A stretch of DNA of 64,000 nucleotides, from positions 10,261-74,260 of IMG/VR virus record IMGVR_UViG_3300044259_000056; one strand, written 5' to 3'. The notes under the pieces are model-generated. The model searched no databases, was not told the DNA's origin, and was given only the letters and a program-made list of their open reading frames with translations. The translations under genes and the position numbers were made by a program. Source of the DNA: a virus. Taxonomy: Duplodnaviria; Caudoviricetes. Below are positions 45,881 through 55,435 of this stretch, one piece after another (positions within the stretch are counted from its first letter, which is position 1; each line of letters starts with the position of its first letter).

Positions 45881-48367
45881 ATGCCAATTATTCCAATCAC
45901 ACCGGGCTTTACCGGTGGAGGTTCTGGCGGAGGAGCTGTAAATTCTGTAAATGGTAAAACAGGAACGGTTGTACTTACAGCAACTGATGTAGGGGCATTG
46001 ACCACCACTACTGGTGATAGTAGATATATCTTACAAGGCTCTCTACCTAGTAGTGGTGCGGTTTATTCTGTCAACTCAAAAACAGGTACTGTTGTTTTAA
46101 CTTCCTCAGATGTAGGGGCAGAGCAAGTAGGTGTTGCACAATCTTTATTAACCGCACATATCTCAGCAGATGATCACACACAATACTTTAACCAGACACG
46201 TGGTGATGCACGATATGTCCAAAACAGTTTTGCTAATGTTGCTAATGGTTATGCTCAATTAGATGCAACTGGAAAGATACCAGCATCACTCCTAAATACA
46301 CAAACTATCAGGTATGTAATTGTTGCAGACCAGACGGCAAGATTAGCACTTTCTACAGTAAGTACATTGACTGTTGCATCACAAGTAGATACTAGCACAA
46401 TATGGTATTTAAATGCAAACACCAGTGCAGCAACATCTTCAAATTGGATACTTGGTGGTTCTTCTGTTGTAACAGGTGTTTCTAGTTTTAATAGTAGAAC
46501 AGGTTCTGTTGTAAGTCAAACTGGTGATTACACAGCAGATCAGATTAATGAAACAACCACAAGAAAATTTACTTCCCCAACAGAAAAAACAACTTGGGGA
46601 AACAAACAAGATGCACTGGTTTCAGGAACTAACATAAAATCCTTATTCGGTGTATCTATACTAGGGTCAGGCAATTTTTCACCAACACCGGCAACAATGG
46701 GTGCTGCTGCTGCTGTACATACTCATACAACTAACGATATCACGGATTTCTCTTCTGCTACACAGCTAAAAATCGGGCAAAGTTTACAATCTGGAAATGG
46801 TATTACCATTAGTTATGATAATTCATCAGGTAAGACCACTATTGCTTCTACAGGGTCTAGCGGAGGTGTTAGTGGGTATACCTCAGTAACAAGAATTGGT
46901 GCTACTGCCGGTCAAGTTCATAGTTTTAATATAACACCTCAGTACACCTTTAATTATAATGCCTTTGCATTAAAAGAGGAGGTTGGAGCTACTAACCAGA
47001 CCGCACTGATTGATGACTTTCTTGCTGGTACCCTTAGTAACTACAATGGTACTAATGCGGTTGTTTTTGATGGACAAATGAAGGCATATACAGGTGAAAC
47101 ATATGCTGTGGCCGCTGATTCAGGATTCTATTCTACTACAGTAAAAGCTGATGGTAAAATTATCAATATCTCTGGTAGTAGTTCATCTTCTCTAGTACCT
47201 GCAATGACTTCTAACACTGCACCAGCAGGTTATGTGGCGAGTGCTTCTAGTAGTTTTTCTTCAAGTTATTTACCCTTTCAGGCATTTGATAAATCAACAA
47301 CATCTGGTGGATGGATTAGCTCAACTACTCCCACAACTGCTTCTCCACAATGGATTAGAATAGATTTACCATCTGCACAAACTGTTGGCGGATATGCTAT
47401 AACAAATAGGATAAATGCTGCTTTTGATATGGTCAACCCAAATACATGGACTTTTGAGGGGTCTAATGATGGTACAAATTGGACAATACTCCAGACAGTA
47501 ACTAATGATACAAACAACAATGTCGGAGCAGTAAGACCTTTTACTTTAAGTTCTCCTGCAACCTTTTCTAAGTATAGATTGAACATTACTGCAAGAAATG
47601 GGACTACTGCTGCCTTTGTTACTTTACATGAGTTAGACATTTTTCCTTTTGTCCCACTTTTGATAAAAGATAGCTCTGGTAATTTCTACAGTTCTAATGG
47701 TGGAAATTTGTCACCTGTTACTACACCAACAGACGTAAATGATTTTACATCAAAATCTTTTTCTATATCTGGCAACATTACGTCTGCGTCTTTGCTAGGT
47801 AAATTACCTATAAAAGTTTACACTACCAATAGCTCTTTTAGTATAAAAACTCTTTATACTGCAAATACACAGATTATTATTCCTAAAAATTTAACATCTG
47901 GCTCTTCTTGGCAACAAATTAACAGTGCAAGTCTATTAAATCCAACCACAACAGGTAGTGCAGTTATACGCTGTGCTGTTTCAAGGGATTTAACTAATTG
48001 GTTTATTTGGAATGGCTCAACTTGGACTGCTATCTCATCATTAACACCTGATAATGCTGGTGCACAAAGTTTAATTTCAAATGGTATGTCAGCCAGCACT
48101 TTTAATAGTATAACTACTGCACAATGGACTAGTTTCTATACAACCACAAGTGGTATGCCAGACAATGTAGCAGTAGCTATTGCAATAGATTTAAGCAATG
48201 CTGCTTCTGATAGTGCTAGTATTGATTCTCTATCATTTAATTATAATAGTGTGTCTTCTTGGAAGTTACAAACACCTGCTGAAGTAGAAATTAGGTGGCA
48301 AGTAGATAATGTTAAATTCAGAACAATAGCATCAGGTAATTATAAATTAGTCTATCAGGCACCATAA
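45881..48367 (+). CDS. Tail fibre / receptor-binding protein with F5/8 type C (discoidin-like) domain
   Basis: VNSVNGKTGTVVL.A.DVGA repeats; PAMTSNTAP..QAFD..W..QWIRIDL..WTFEGSNDGTNWT..YRLNIT. Confidence 0.85.
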   Translation: MPIIPITPGFTGGGSGGGAVNSVNGKTGTVVLTATDVGALTTTTGDSRYILQGSLPSSGAVYSVNSKTGTVVLTSSDVGAEQVGVAQSLLTAHISADDHTQYFNQTRGDARYVQNSFANVANGYAQLDATGKIPASLLNTQTIRYVIVADQTARLALSTVSTLTVASQVDTSTIWYLNANTSAATSSNWILGGSSVVTGVSSFNSRTGSVVSQTGDYTADQINETTTRKFTSPTEKTTWGNKQDALVSGTNIKSLFGVSILGSGNFSPTPATMGAAAAVHTHTTNDITDFSSATQLKIGQSLQSGNGITISYDNSSGKTTIASTGSSGGVSGYTSVTRIGATAGQVHSFNITPQYTFNYNAFALKEEVGATNQTALIDDFLAGTLSNYNGTNAVVFDGQMKAYTGETYAVAADSGFYSTTVKADGKIINISGSSSSSLVPAMTSNTAPAGYVASASSSFSSSYLPFQAFDKSTTSGGWISSTTPTTASPQWIRIDLPSAQTVGGYAITNRINAAFDMVNPNTWTFEGSNDGTNWTILQTVTNDTNNNVGAVRPFTLSSPATFSKYRLNITARNGTTAAFVTLHELDIFPFVPLLIKDSSGNFYSSNGGNLSPVTTPTDVNDFTSKSFSISGNITSASLLGKLPIKVYTTNSSFSIKTLYTANTQIIIPKNLTSGSSWQQINSASLLNPTTTGSAVIRCAVSRDLTNWFIWNGSTWTAISSLTPDNAGAQSLISNGMSASTFNSITTAQWTSFYTTTSGMPDNVAVAIAIDLSNAASDSASIDSLSFNYNSVSSWKLQTPAEVEIRWQVDNVKFRTIASGNYKLVYQAP

Positions 48368-48397
48368 CTGTAAAACTCACACATAAAGGAGTATTAA

Positions 48398-48910
48398 ATG
48401 TCTTATCGATATTGGGTAAGGTTAGATCAAAATACCGGAGAAGTAATAGAATATAGTCTGACAGATGGAGAATATCTGTCTGGCTATATTGAAACAACAA
48501 AAAGACCTGATGATTACCCAGATATGTATACATGGAGTGTATCACAAAATGCTTGGGTATTTATTTTAGAAAAAGTAAAACTAGCAATTGCTACAAGACG
48601 TTATCAGGCTGAAACACAACCAATAACTGTCGGTGGGCACTTGTTTCAAACTGGAGATAGGGATAAAACACTCTTGAATGGGGCTGTCTTAAAGTGTTTA
48701 AGAAATCCTGCTTATAGCTTTAACTGGAAAACTCTTGATGGTTCATTTGTCACAATGAATGAGACAAATATTATAGCATTACATGATGCTGTAATTGAAT
48801 ATACAGAAGGTTGTTTTGAACGAGAATACTATCTCTTACAAGAGCTAGATAATGGGACTTTTACAGCTAGTGTGTTAGATATTGGTTGGCCTAACACATT
48901 GATTAGTTAA
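48398..48910 (+). CDS. DUF4376-like fibre-associated chaperone
   Basis: IATRRYQAET..FQTGDRDKTLL..WKTLDG.FV..CFERE motif. Confidence 0.75.
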   Translation: MSYRYWVRLDQNTGEVIEYSLTDGEYLSGYIETTKRPDDYPDMYTWSVSQNAWVFILEKVKLAIATRRYQAETQPITVGGHLFQTGDRDKTLLNGAVLKCLRNPAYSFNWKTLDGSFVTMNETNIIALHDAVIEYTEGCFEREYYLLQELDNGTFTASVLDIGWPNTLIS

Positions 48911-48917
48911 TAAATAT

Positions 48918-48947
48918 AAAGGGAGCCAGATGGCTCCCTTTTCTTTT
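48918..48947 (+). terminator. Rho-independent terminator
   Basis: AAAGGGAGCC-AGAT-GGCTCCCTTTTCTTTT. Confidence 0.88.
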
Positions 48948-48959
48948 GTCTAAAATTTA

Positions 48960-48987
48960 TTGACACAGTACAAAATATCAGCATAAT
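48960..48987 (+). promoter_or_regulatory. Early sigma70-like promoter
   Basis: TTGACA-16 nt-CATAAT. Confidence 0.65.
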
Positions 48988-49017
48988 GAGTAAGATGTAA
49001 CCAACTGAGGATTTGTT

Positions 49018-49338
49018 ATGAAAGACATCTATGATTACACAGAAGGGGGAAGGTATACAGTCAATGAAGTGTTTGGCTCACTTGCAAAGAGGATAAAGAT
49101 AGTTGATTATTACCTTGATAAGTTTACACAAGAATACTATGTTGATGTAGATTTTATTAAAAGTCAAGGACTTGGTTTACCTGAAGAAGTTGTCTACAGT
49201 ATTCGGCGTGGACAGGTATACATTGATAACACTAGAACAAAAGATAAATTTTACTTTATAACCCCTTGGGGATTTTATTACTTTACAAGTAAGGACAGAG
49301 ATAAGATAGAAATCATCAGGAAGAAATTTAGTGCTTGA
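49018..49338 (+). CDS. Hypothetical early protein
   Basis: GAGGA SD. Confidence 0.6.
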   Translation: MKDIYDYTEGGRYTVNEVFGSLAKRIKIVDYYLDKFTQEYYVDVDFIKSQGLGLPEEVVYSIRRGQVYIDNTRTKDKFYFITPWGFYYFTSKDRDKIEIIRKKFSA

Positions 49339-49362
49339 CAGGTCATTATGTAGTGATAGAAT
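49335..49362 (+). promoter_or_regulatory. Early sigma70-like promoter
   Basis: TTGACA-16 nt-TAGAAT. Confidence 0.7.
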
Positions 49363-49439
49363 TATTTCCAACAAGTCTTCAAGAGGAAGTTTATATTGTG
49401 ATTAAACTTCTTTAAATCGGTTCACAAAAAGGAAAAACT

Positions 49440-49874
49440 ATGACAGCTATCCATTCCCAATATTTTGTAACTGAAAATGGTCAGGTTCATACTTTTTATC
49501 GTGATAGCCAAACTTCCACAACAGGAAAAGATATCAGTACTACAGGAGGGCCTATAATCAGTTTTAAAGATGGTTCGCATTATGAGTTATATAACAGTGT
49601 AAAAGCTGCTATGATTAGTGTTGAAGGCCTTTTTGATGAAAAGTATGCTTTTGTTGATGAGGATGGTGTTATTCACAGTCTAAATAAAGATTTAAGCAAA
49701 AGTACCTATGGCACCGAGAGTCATCATATGAAAATCCGGGTAGAAAAAGTAAAAAGAGTAAATGGATTAGACTTCGAAATGTTTTCTCTCGTTGATCCAG
49801 ACGGAGAGTATCCAGACGACGCTGGATTTGTGATTTGGGAGCCGTATTTACTTGCCAAAGAACTTGATGCTTAG
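49440..49874 (+). CDS. Hypothetical early protein
   Basis: AAGGA SD. Confidence 0.65.
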   Translation: MTAIHSQYFVTENGQVHTFYRDSQTSTTGKDISTTGGPIISFKDGSHYELYNSVKAAMISVEGLFDEKYAFVDEDGVIHSLNKDLSKSTYGTESHHMKIRVEKVKRVNGLDFEMFSLVDPDGEYPDDAGFVIWEPYLLAKELDA

Positions 49875-50011
49875 ATAGAAGTTTGTCTAAATGGAGGCCA
49901 TATGTAGGGGAGAAAACCCCTCAAGCAGATTATCTTTACGATGAAGATGATATCAAAATGGTTCTTTGTTGCAGTATTTATTCTATTAAATAATTTTTGA
50001 AGAGGTGAGAT

Positions 50012-50350
50012 ATGGGGTATTATACAAATTTTACTATTGAAATCAAAGATGCACCGTGTTCACCAGTAACAAGGTACGACTTAGACCTAATCGCAGTTAG
50101 ATTTAAAGAAGTGTCTCATCAATCCTTTTATGTTGAAGGTTCAAGCCTTGGATTAGATGAATCTAAGTGGTATAGACATGAAGAGGACTTAAAGAGAATT
50201 AGTTTAGAGTACCCTAGTTACTTGTTCACTGTTTACGGTGAAGGGGAGGACACAGAAGATTTATGGGTAAAGTATTTCTTAAATGGAAAGATGCAATCTG
50301 AGAAAGCAGAAATAACGTATAAAGAATTTGACGCAAGTAAACTAGTATAA
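50012..50350 (+). CDS. Conserved phage hypothetical protein
   Basis: MGYYTNF..KWY.HEEDL..IS..YP..LF.V.GEGE..DLW..YF.NGK motif. Confidence 0.7.
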   Translation: MGYYTNFTIEIKDAPCSPVTRYDLDLIAVRFKEVSHQSFYVEGSSLGLDESKWYRHEEDLKRISLEYPSYLFTVYGEGEDTEDLWVKYFLNGKMQSEKAEITYKEFDASKLV

Positions 50351-50359
50351 GGGTTTCTC

Positions 50360-50599
50360 ATGGGTAGGTCTTTTAAAGATGCTGAGTTGAAAACACTTCC
50401 TGACCCACATCATAATGGATTTTGGCATTGGGGTTGGGACGGTGAAAAGTTATGGATAAAATCTCGTATAGCAAAGAAATATTGGACTCAAGTTAAAAAG
50501 ATAAAAGCAACCCCAGATAGGGTTGGAGCTATCATGAAGTTAACTGATGGGAAAGGTCTAAAGAACCTTAAATTTAGAAACAGGAGTCAATTCTTTTAA
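50360..50599 (+). CDS. Hypothetical protein
   Basis: Packed ORF. Confidence 0.55.
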   Translation: MGRSFKDAELKTLPDPHHNGFWHWGWDGEKLWIKSRIAKKYWTQVKKIKATPDRVGAIMKLTDGKGLKNLKFRNRSQFF

Positions 50600-50802
50600 A
50601 ATGAAAAAAATTTAAAAGTTCTGTGGTCTTTTCAAAAGAAGACTCTTATGGTGTGAAGAGTAATCTTATGAAAAACTATGATAATCAAGTAAAGGTGTTA
50701 TCTAATGGGTATCGTAAGGGACTTCTTCCGAGAGGAAAGGCTTTTATGAATCTCTGGCGTATACAGTTAGACCTATTTAAATAAATCAGGAGTAAAGTAA
50801 AA

Positions 50803-51048
50803 ATGAATTATAAAAATCAAGTAACAAATTATGATGAATTTGAAGATGGTAAGTTATATTGGGTTAAGGAGAAAGACTTAGATCGGAATTGGGAGTTCTT
50901 GCACACAACCGACCACCGGGACACGTTACCCGACGCGTTCAAAAGCGAACGCATTTGGTTGATCGTTTCTCCGATAAACCCGAATCTGCTCCTGTTGTTT
51001 ATACCATTTAAGGAAACAGAATCTGAAAAGGAAACGGTATCATCATGA
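50803..51048 (+). CDS. Hypothetical protein (GC-rich segment)
   Basis: AGGAG SD. Confidence 0.55.
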   Translation: MNYKNQVTNYDEFEDGKLYWVKEKDLDRNWEFLHTTDHRDTLPDAFKSERIWLIVSPINPNLLLLFIPFKETESEKETVSS

Positions 51049-51245
51049 GCCCATGGCAAGCATACCTCTTATTTTATTTCACCCTGACATTCATCGTCTG
51101 GTTTATTGCCTGGAAAGATGTACGAAGCATACGTCGACGTAGATGGAAAGTCTGGACACTGTTTGTTCTGGCTGGGATTTTTTGGCCAGTTACTATCGTG
51201 GTGTTAATCGTGTTAACCAAAACCTGTCCTCGGTGGAATCCCTGA
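51045..51245 (+). CDS. Small two-TM membrane protein
   Basis: Two hydrophobic helices around a basic loop; ATGA overlap. Confidence 0.6.
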   Translation: MSPWQAYLLFYFTLTFIVWFIAWKDVRSIRRRRWKVWTLFVLAGIFWPVTIVVLIVLTKTCPRWNP

Positions 51246-51556
51246 TGCCTAAATTTCAACGCAGCCACGGCCCGCATAAATCAGACCACGGCATTGAGTG
51301 CGAGATACTGAAGTTACGGATACTTGCTCAGGCCGATTCATTACGAGGATGTGCGGCTAAAATCCGAAAACAGAAAGGGTTGTTAAAACATTTTCAATCA
51401 CTTTATCAAATCAGTAAAAGTCATCAAGATAAAGCCAAGATAGAAAATACCCAACTGACATTAGACCGCCTTGTCAGCATTCATCAAATGCAAGTGAAAG
51501 AACAAGTTAAGATGAAAGCCGAATATACTAAATTGTATCAAAAAGTTTATAAGTAA
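51245..51556 (+). CDS. Basic coiled-coil hypothetical protein
   Basis: TGATG overlap with the previous gene gives a start at 51245. Confidence 0.55.
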   Translation: MPKFQRSHGPHKSDHGIECEILKLRILAQADSLRGCAAKIRKQKGLLKHFQSLYQISKSHQDKAKIENTQLTLDRLVSIHQMQVKEQVKMKAEYTKLYQKVYK

Positions 51557-51767
51557 GAAAAGTTTTATTATTATGAGGACTTGAGAAAAAGTTTGATAAA
51601 AGATTATAGAGAGAAAGAATATCAACTCAGAAGTCAACTCTTAGATGCTGCTGGTGTATCTTTTCATAAGATCGCCTCGAAGGAAGATGAGGATATTTAT
51701 CGTGGAATTATAAATAAGTATTATAAATCAATAACTTGATTACTTTAGTTTATGAGAGAAAACTTTT

Positions 51768-52073
51768 ATGGCAGATATTTTTAAAATCTTTCTTATTTTC
51801 ATGCCTATTTTGTTAGGTATATGGTATTATGATAGAAAGTTAAAGCAGGAAAATAAGATTCTTGTTCTGTCTGGTTACCCTAAAGGATGTAAGACATTTC
51901 TTAAGATTTATCATCAAAGAGATATTGACAAGTGGGTGTTTGAGTGGGATAATTGTAGATTTTGTGAATTAGCTAAAACTCAATACAGGTGTGGAATGGA
52001 ATCTGGTAAATTAGCAAATACTAAGGAAATACAATATGCTTTTAAGCTTTTACAAGAAAGAGGATTAATGTGA
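51768..52073 (+). CDS. Hypothetical protein with N-terminal TM helix
   Basis: IFKIFLIFMPILLGIWYY. Confidence 0.55.
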   Translation: MADIFKIFLIFMPILLGIWYYDRKLKQENKILVLSGYPKGCKTFLKIYHQRDIDKWVFEWDNCRFCELAKTQYRCGMESGKLANTKEIQYAFKLLQERGLM

Positions 52074-52444
52074 TGGATATCAAAGATTTTGTAGTAGGTA
52101 AAACAATTTATGCTATCCCAACAGGAAATAATGTACGTATTGAAAAGGGCATTGTTACTTTCAAAGTCATATCTGTTAAACGGAAGTATGTTGAACTCCA
52201 ACACCAATTTTATAGTGTAACAGCACTGTATGATCCTAAAACTGGTGCAACACAATCGGAGATGCAAGCTGGTTATGGTTCTGATGCAGGGTATATTTTC
52301 TTTAAGACTGAAAATAGTTATAAAGAGTATATTAAAATGTGTTCTTTCATTAGCAGATATATAGGTTATAATTTCAGTAAAATGAAACCTGAAACTATCA
52401 AGTTAATAGCTAAAGATTTAGGATATGAATCTGATGAACAATAG
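52070..52444 (+). CDS. Conserved phage hypothetical protein
   Basis: VGKTIY..GN..V.SVKRKY motif; GAGGA SD. Confidence 0.6.
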   Translation: MMDIKDFVVGKTIYAIPTGNNVRIEKGIVTFKVISVKRKYVELQHQFYSVTALYDPKTGATQSEMQAGYGSDAGYIFFKTENSYKEYIKMCSFISRYIGYNFSKMKPETIKLIAKDLGYESDEQ

Positions 52445-52892
52445 GCAATTTCTTAAAACAATCAACTTCTTTAACAATTATAGTTCAGTACCAGTAGAAG
52501 GTATTTATAAGTCAACACCTTCAGACTTAAATAAACATAACTTTACTGGTATTTATGAAGAATCAAGACAAAAACGTTACAGGTCTATTCAGACTATTAG
52601 GGATTGTACAGAAATTTTAGAAGAATTTAAAAGTTATAATTTACCTTATACTATTCAGGTTCGAAGGTTGACAGTGAGAACAGAGAAAAATTCTCAACAC
52701 TTTGTTATTACACTAAAAGAGACAATCATCGGTGATTGTTGTTCTGTTAAACCTCTTGGGGAAGGTAGAGTGATAAGAGATATGTTTAGATTCACAGTGA
52801 AACCCAATAAACAATATCCTGAAATTACTTTACCGCAACAGGACTTGGATAAGATTATTAGCGTCATAAAAGATTTCTTATCTAAATTCTAA
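52425..52892 (+). CDS. Hypothetical protein
   Basis: Packed ORF. Confidence 0.55.
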   Translation: MNLMNNRQFLKTINFFNNYSSVPVEGIYKSTPSDLNKHNFTGIYEESRQKRYRSIQTIRDCTEILEEFKSYNLPYTIQVRRLTVRTEKNSQHFVITLKETIIGDCCSVKPLGEGRVIRDMFRFTVKPNKQYPEITLPQQDLDKIISVIKDFLSKF

Positions 52893-52955
52893 TCTTGATA
52901 AACCTTCTACTGTATGGTGTAGTCAATCAACTTAAACAAGAAATGAGAGGAACAA

Positions 52956-53162
52956 ATGAAAATTGTATTTGATAAAACAACATGTATTTTTAGTAATATT
53001 GAAGAAAATACAACTTTCCTATATAAAGATGATTTATACCTTAAGGTTATTAGCACAAAAGATGAACCTTGTAATGCTGTTAACTTGGGCTTGGGGTATA
53101 AAACTGAATTCATTTATGATACTTTGGTGGTTCCTGTTGAATGTGAGGTAATCGTTAAATGA
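52956..53162 (+). CDS. Small beta-barrel paralog family member 1
   Basis: GAGGA SD; F..I....F..LY.K..NAV.L..G pattern. Confidence 0.6.
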   Translation: MKIVFDKTTCIFSNIEENTTFLYKDDLYLKVISTKDEPCNAVNLGLGYKTEFIYDTLVVPVECEVIVK

Positions 53163-53482
53163 AAGGTTCAATCATTATAAACAATGTAGATTTTGAGTTA
53201 ACAGAGTCTGAGAAAGATAAAATTTTCAAAGAGAAACTTGAAAAGTATGAAATTGACATACTCCTATTAGAGGTTGAAAAGAAATGGAAGCAGTCTAGAG
53301 GTGTTCCTGTGGATGCAGACGTTTTTGTCAGAGAGAAGTATTGGCAGGTTTGGGAAGATCATGGAAATCACTACTCAGGTTGGGCAACACCAAACAATCC
53401 TGTTGAAGTCACAGAGCATGATAAGGTTGTAATGAAACTTTTCAAAACTTTGAAAAATGAAATTAACAAACTCCCATTTTAG
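53159..53482 (+). CDS. Hypothetical protein
   Basis: ATGA overlap. Confidence 0.6.
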   Translation: MKGSIIINNVDFELTESEKDKIFKEKLEKYEIDILLLEVEKKWKQSRGVPVDADVFVREKYWQVWEDHGNHYSGWATPNNPVEVTEHDKVVMKLFKTLKNEINKLPF

Positions 53483-53544
53483 GGTGTATATCATAAGATA
53501 AAACATGAATCAAAAATAAGGTGTCTAAACAAGATTACAAGGCA

Positions 53545-53593
53545 TTTTAATATGTAGACATAGGGTAGCTTGGGTGTGTAGTAGAAAACCTTA
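53545..53593 (+). repeat. Dispersed intergenic repeat, copy A
   Basis: 39/49 identity to the reverse complement of 61538-61586. Confidence 0.8.
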
Positions 53594-54114
53594 CACAGTT
53601 GATTTTAAGTGGGTTAAAATTGACTAAAGTTTTATCTGCAAGGTTATGGGTGACAGTGAAATAATTTATCAAAAGACTGGACTCTAACTCTCCAATATCA
53701 ACAATTGAAACCTTAGACCATTTGATTAGTTTGTGTGATGAGAATTATCACACAATGCCATCTGGTCTAAGTCGGGAGCAGAGGAGATTACATGCAAAGA
53801 TGGTTAAGGAAGAATTTATTAAAATCCTTTTAAAGTCTGGTTTTAAATAATAGATATTCATTTTAACTGAATAATTATTCACATAATGCAGGTATAAAAT
53901 CCTGCATTTTTGCTTACTAGAGAGAATTTTTAAGTGATTGATTATAAAGTAAAATAAAAAAGGTTCCCTCATGCGGAGCATGCGGTGTTAATGCCCTTGA
54001 CTTTTATCCCTTAACTGTAGTAATTAAATATGCATATTTATAATTATGTGTAATAGGATAAAACTAAAATGGTTAACAAAATCTAAATAACTAAGATTAA
54101 GGAGTAAACTATGT

Positions 54115-55422
54115 ATGAAAGAGTTTGAGAACAACCTGTGGTTTTCAACAATAAGGAAATCCAACAAGAATATTAATAAACTAACACTCTCTATTCTAAC
54201 CCTATCAGATAGTGGTTACTTCAAGAAGGCAAGTAGTATCTCACAGTTCGAGTGCTACATTGCAAATCTAGCCTATGCTTACTGTTCAGGTGTAAGAAGA
54301 TTGTATGTTAACAGAAAGAAATCATTTTATAGTGAAAAGAAAATTTTTAATACACAGATTGTTAAGACTAAAATTGGTTATGCTTGTGCAAGAAAAGCTG
54401 AAGAGTTGCTTTGTTACTTAGAATTGATTACTTCACACAAAGGGGCTAGAGTACAAGGAAAGAGAAAGGTTCTTCATGAAGACCATGGTTACATAGAAAT
54501 AACTGATAAACTAGTTGACTTAATCAATAAACACAAAGCATTTATAAAGTTTGAGGATAGTGTGATTGAAGTGACAGATAAGACTGGAAAACGGTTAACA
54601 ACAGAAGGTGTAAATATGATTATTTGTTTCAGCACGATTAAGAAAATGTTATCTTACAATAACTTTATAGATACATTTGAAATTATTGATGAAGAAGGTG
54701 TTCCATTGAATGCTTGGTTGTGTCGGAAATTCAGAGATAACCTTGAACTTCATGGTAGAGTGTATAATATTCATCCCGGAAAGAATTATCAACAACAAAG
54801 TCCTGTCTCAAGAAAGAAAATACTAATTGATGGTGAACCTACTGTTGAATTAGACTACTCTTCTCTTCATTGTTCTCTTCTTTATGAATCAAAAGGATTA
54901 GCTTGTCTGGATAAATCAGACCTTTACACAATAAATCTTAACCATTTATTTGATGTTGTAGAAGAAACTGTTAACAATTCCTTTTACTTGACAATGAGCA
55001 GGAAGTTGGTCAAAGCTGCTTTCGTTCGTGCAATCAACTGTGACTCAAAAGAGGATGCTGTTAAATCTCTCATGTTACTGATTCAAGAGGATTTACAGAA
55101 AGATTTCATGGAGAAAGAATTTAAGTTCCTAAAAGTGTTGACTCAAGATGATGTTTGGGGTATCTTTGTTGCATTGGAAGACAAACATAGTCTAATTTGT
55201 GAAATGTTCTATCAGAAGATTGGTTTATTCTTAATGAATCTTGATAGCAATATCCTGATGAAAGTCTTAGAGTCTTGTGAAGAACAAGGGATATGTGCAT
55301 TACCTATTCATGATAGTGTTATTGTTCCTGAAAGTCTGAAAGAACAAGCAATGGATATTATGATGAAGTGTTACTGTGATGTTATGGGAAGTAATAATAA
55401 CTGTGTTGTTAAACAAAAATGA
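54115..55422 (+). CDS. PolA / T7-RNAP-fold polymerase without exonuclease (TV-Pol-like)
   Basis: HGRVY; ELDYSSLH (motif A); K-x-A-x4-IN (motif B-like); LPIHDSVIV (motif C). Confidence 0.75.
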   Translation: MKEFENNLWFSTIRKSNKNINKLTLSILTLSDSGYFKKASSISQFECYIANLAYAYCSGVRRLYVNRKKSFYSEKKIFNTQIVKTKIGYACARKAEELLCYLELITSHKGARVQGKRKVLHEDHGYIEITDKLVDLINKHKAFIKFEDSVIEVTDKTGKRLTTEGVNMIICFSTIKKMLSYNNFIDTFEIIDEEGVPLNAWLCRKFRDNLELHGRVYNIHPGKNYQQQSPVSRKKILIDGEPTVELDYSSLHCSLLYESKGLACLDKSDLYTINLNHLFDVVEETVNNSFYLTMSRKLVKAAFVRAINCDSKEDAVKSLMLLIQEDLQKDFMEKEFKFLKVLTQDDVWGIFVALEDKHSLICEMFYQKIGLFLMNLDSNILMKVLESCEEQGICALPIHDSVIVPESLKEQAMDIMMKCYCDVMGSNNNCVVKQK

Positions 55423-55435
55423 TGAGGAGAAAACG

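Noticed and set aside
53620-53850. Possible pseudogene with an in-frame TAA (MTKVLSARLWVTVK*FIKRLDSN...SGFK)
   Set aside because: No recognisable homology or SD; cannot be supported without a search
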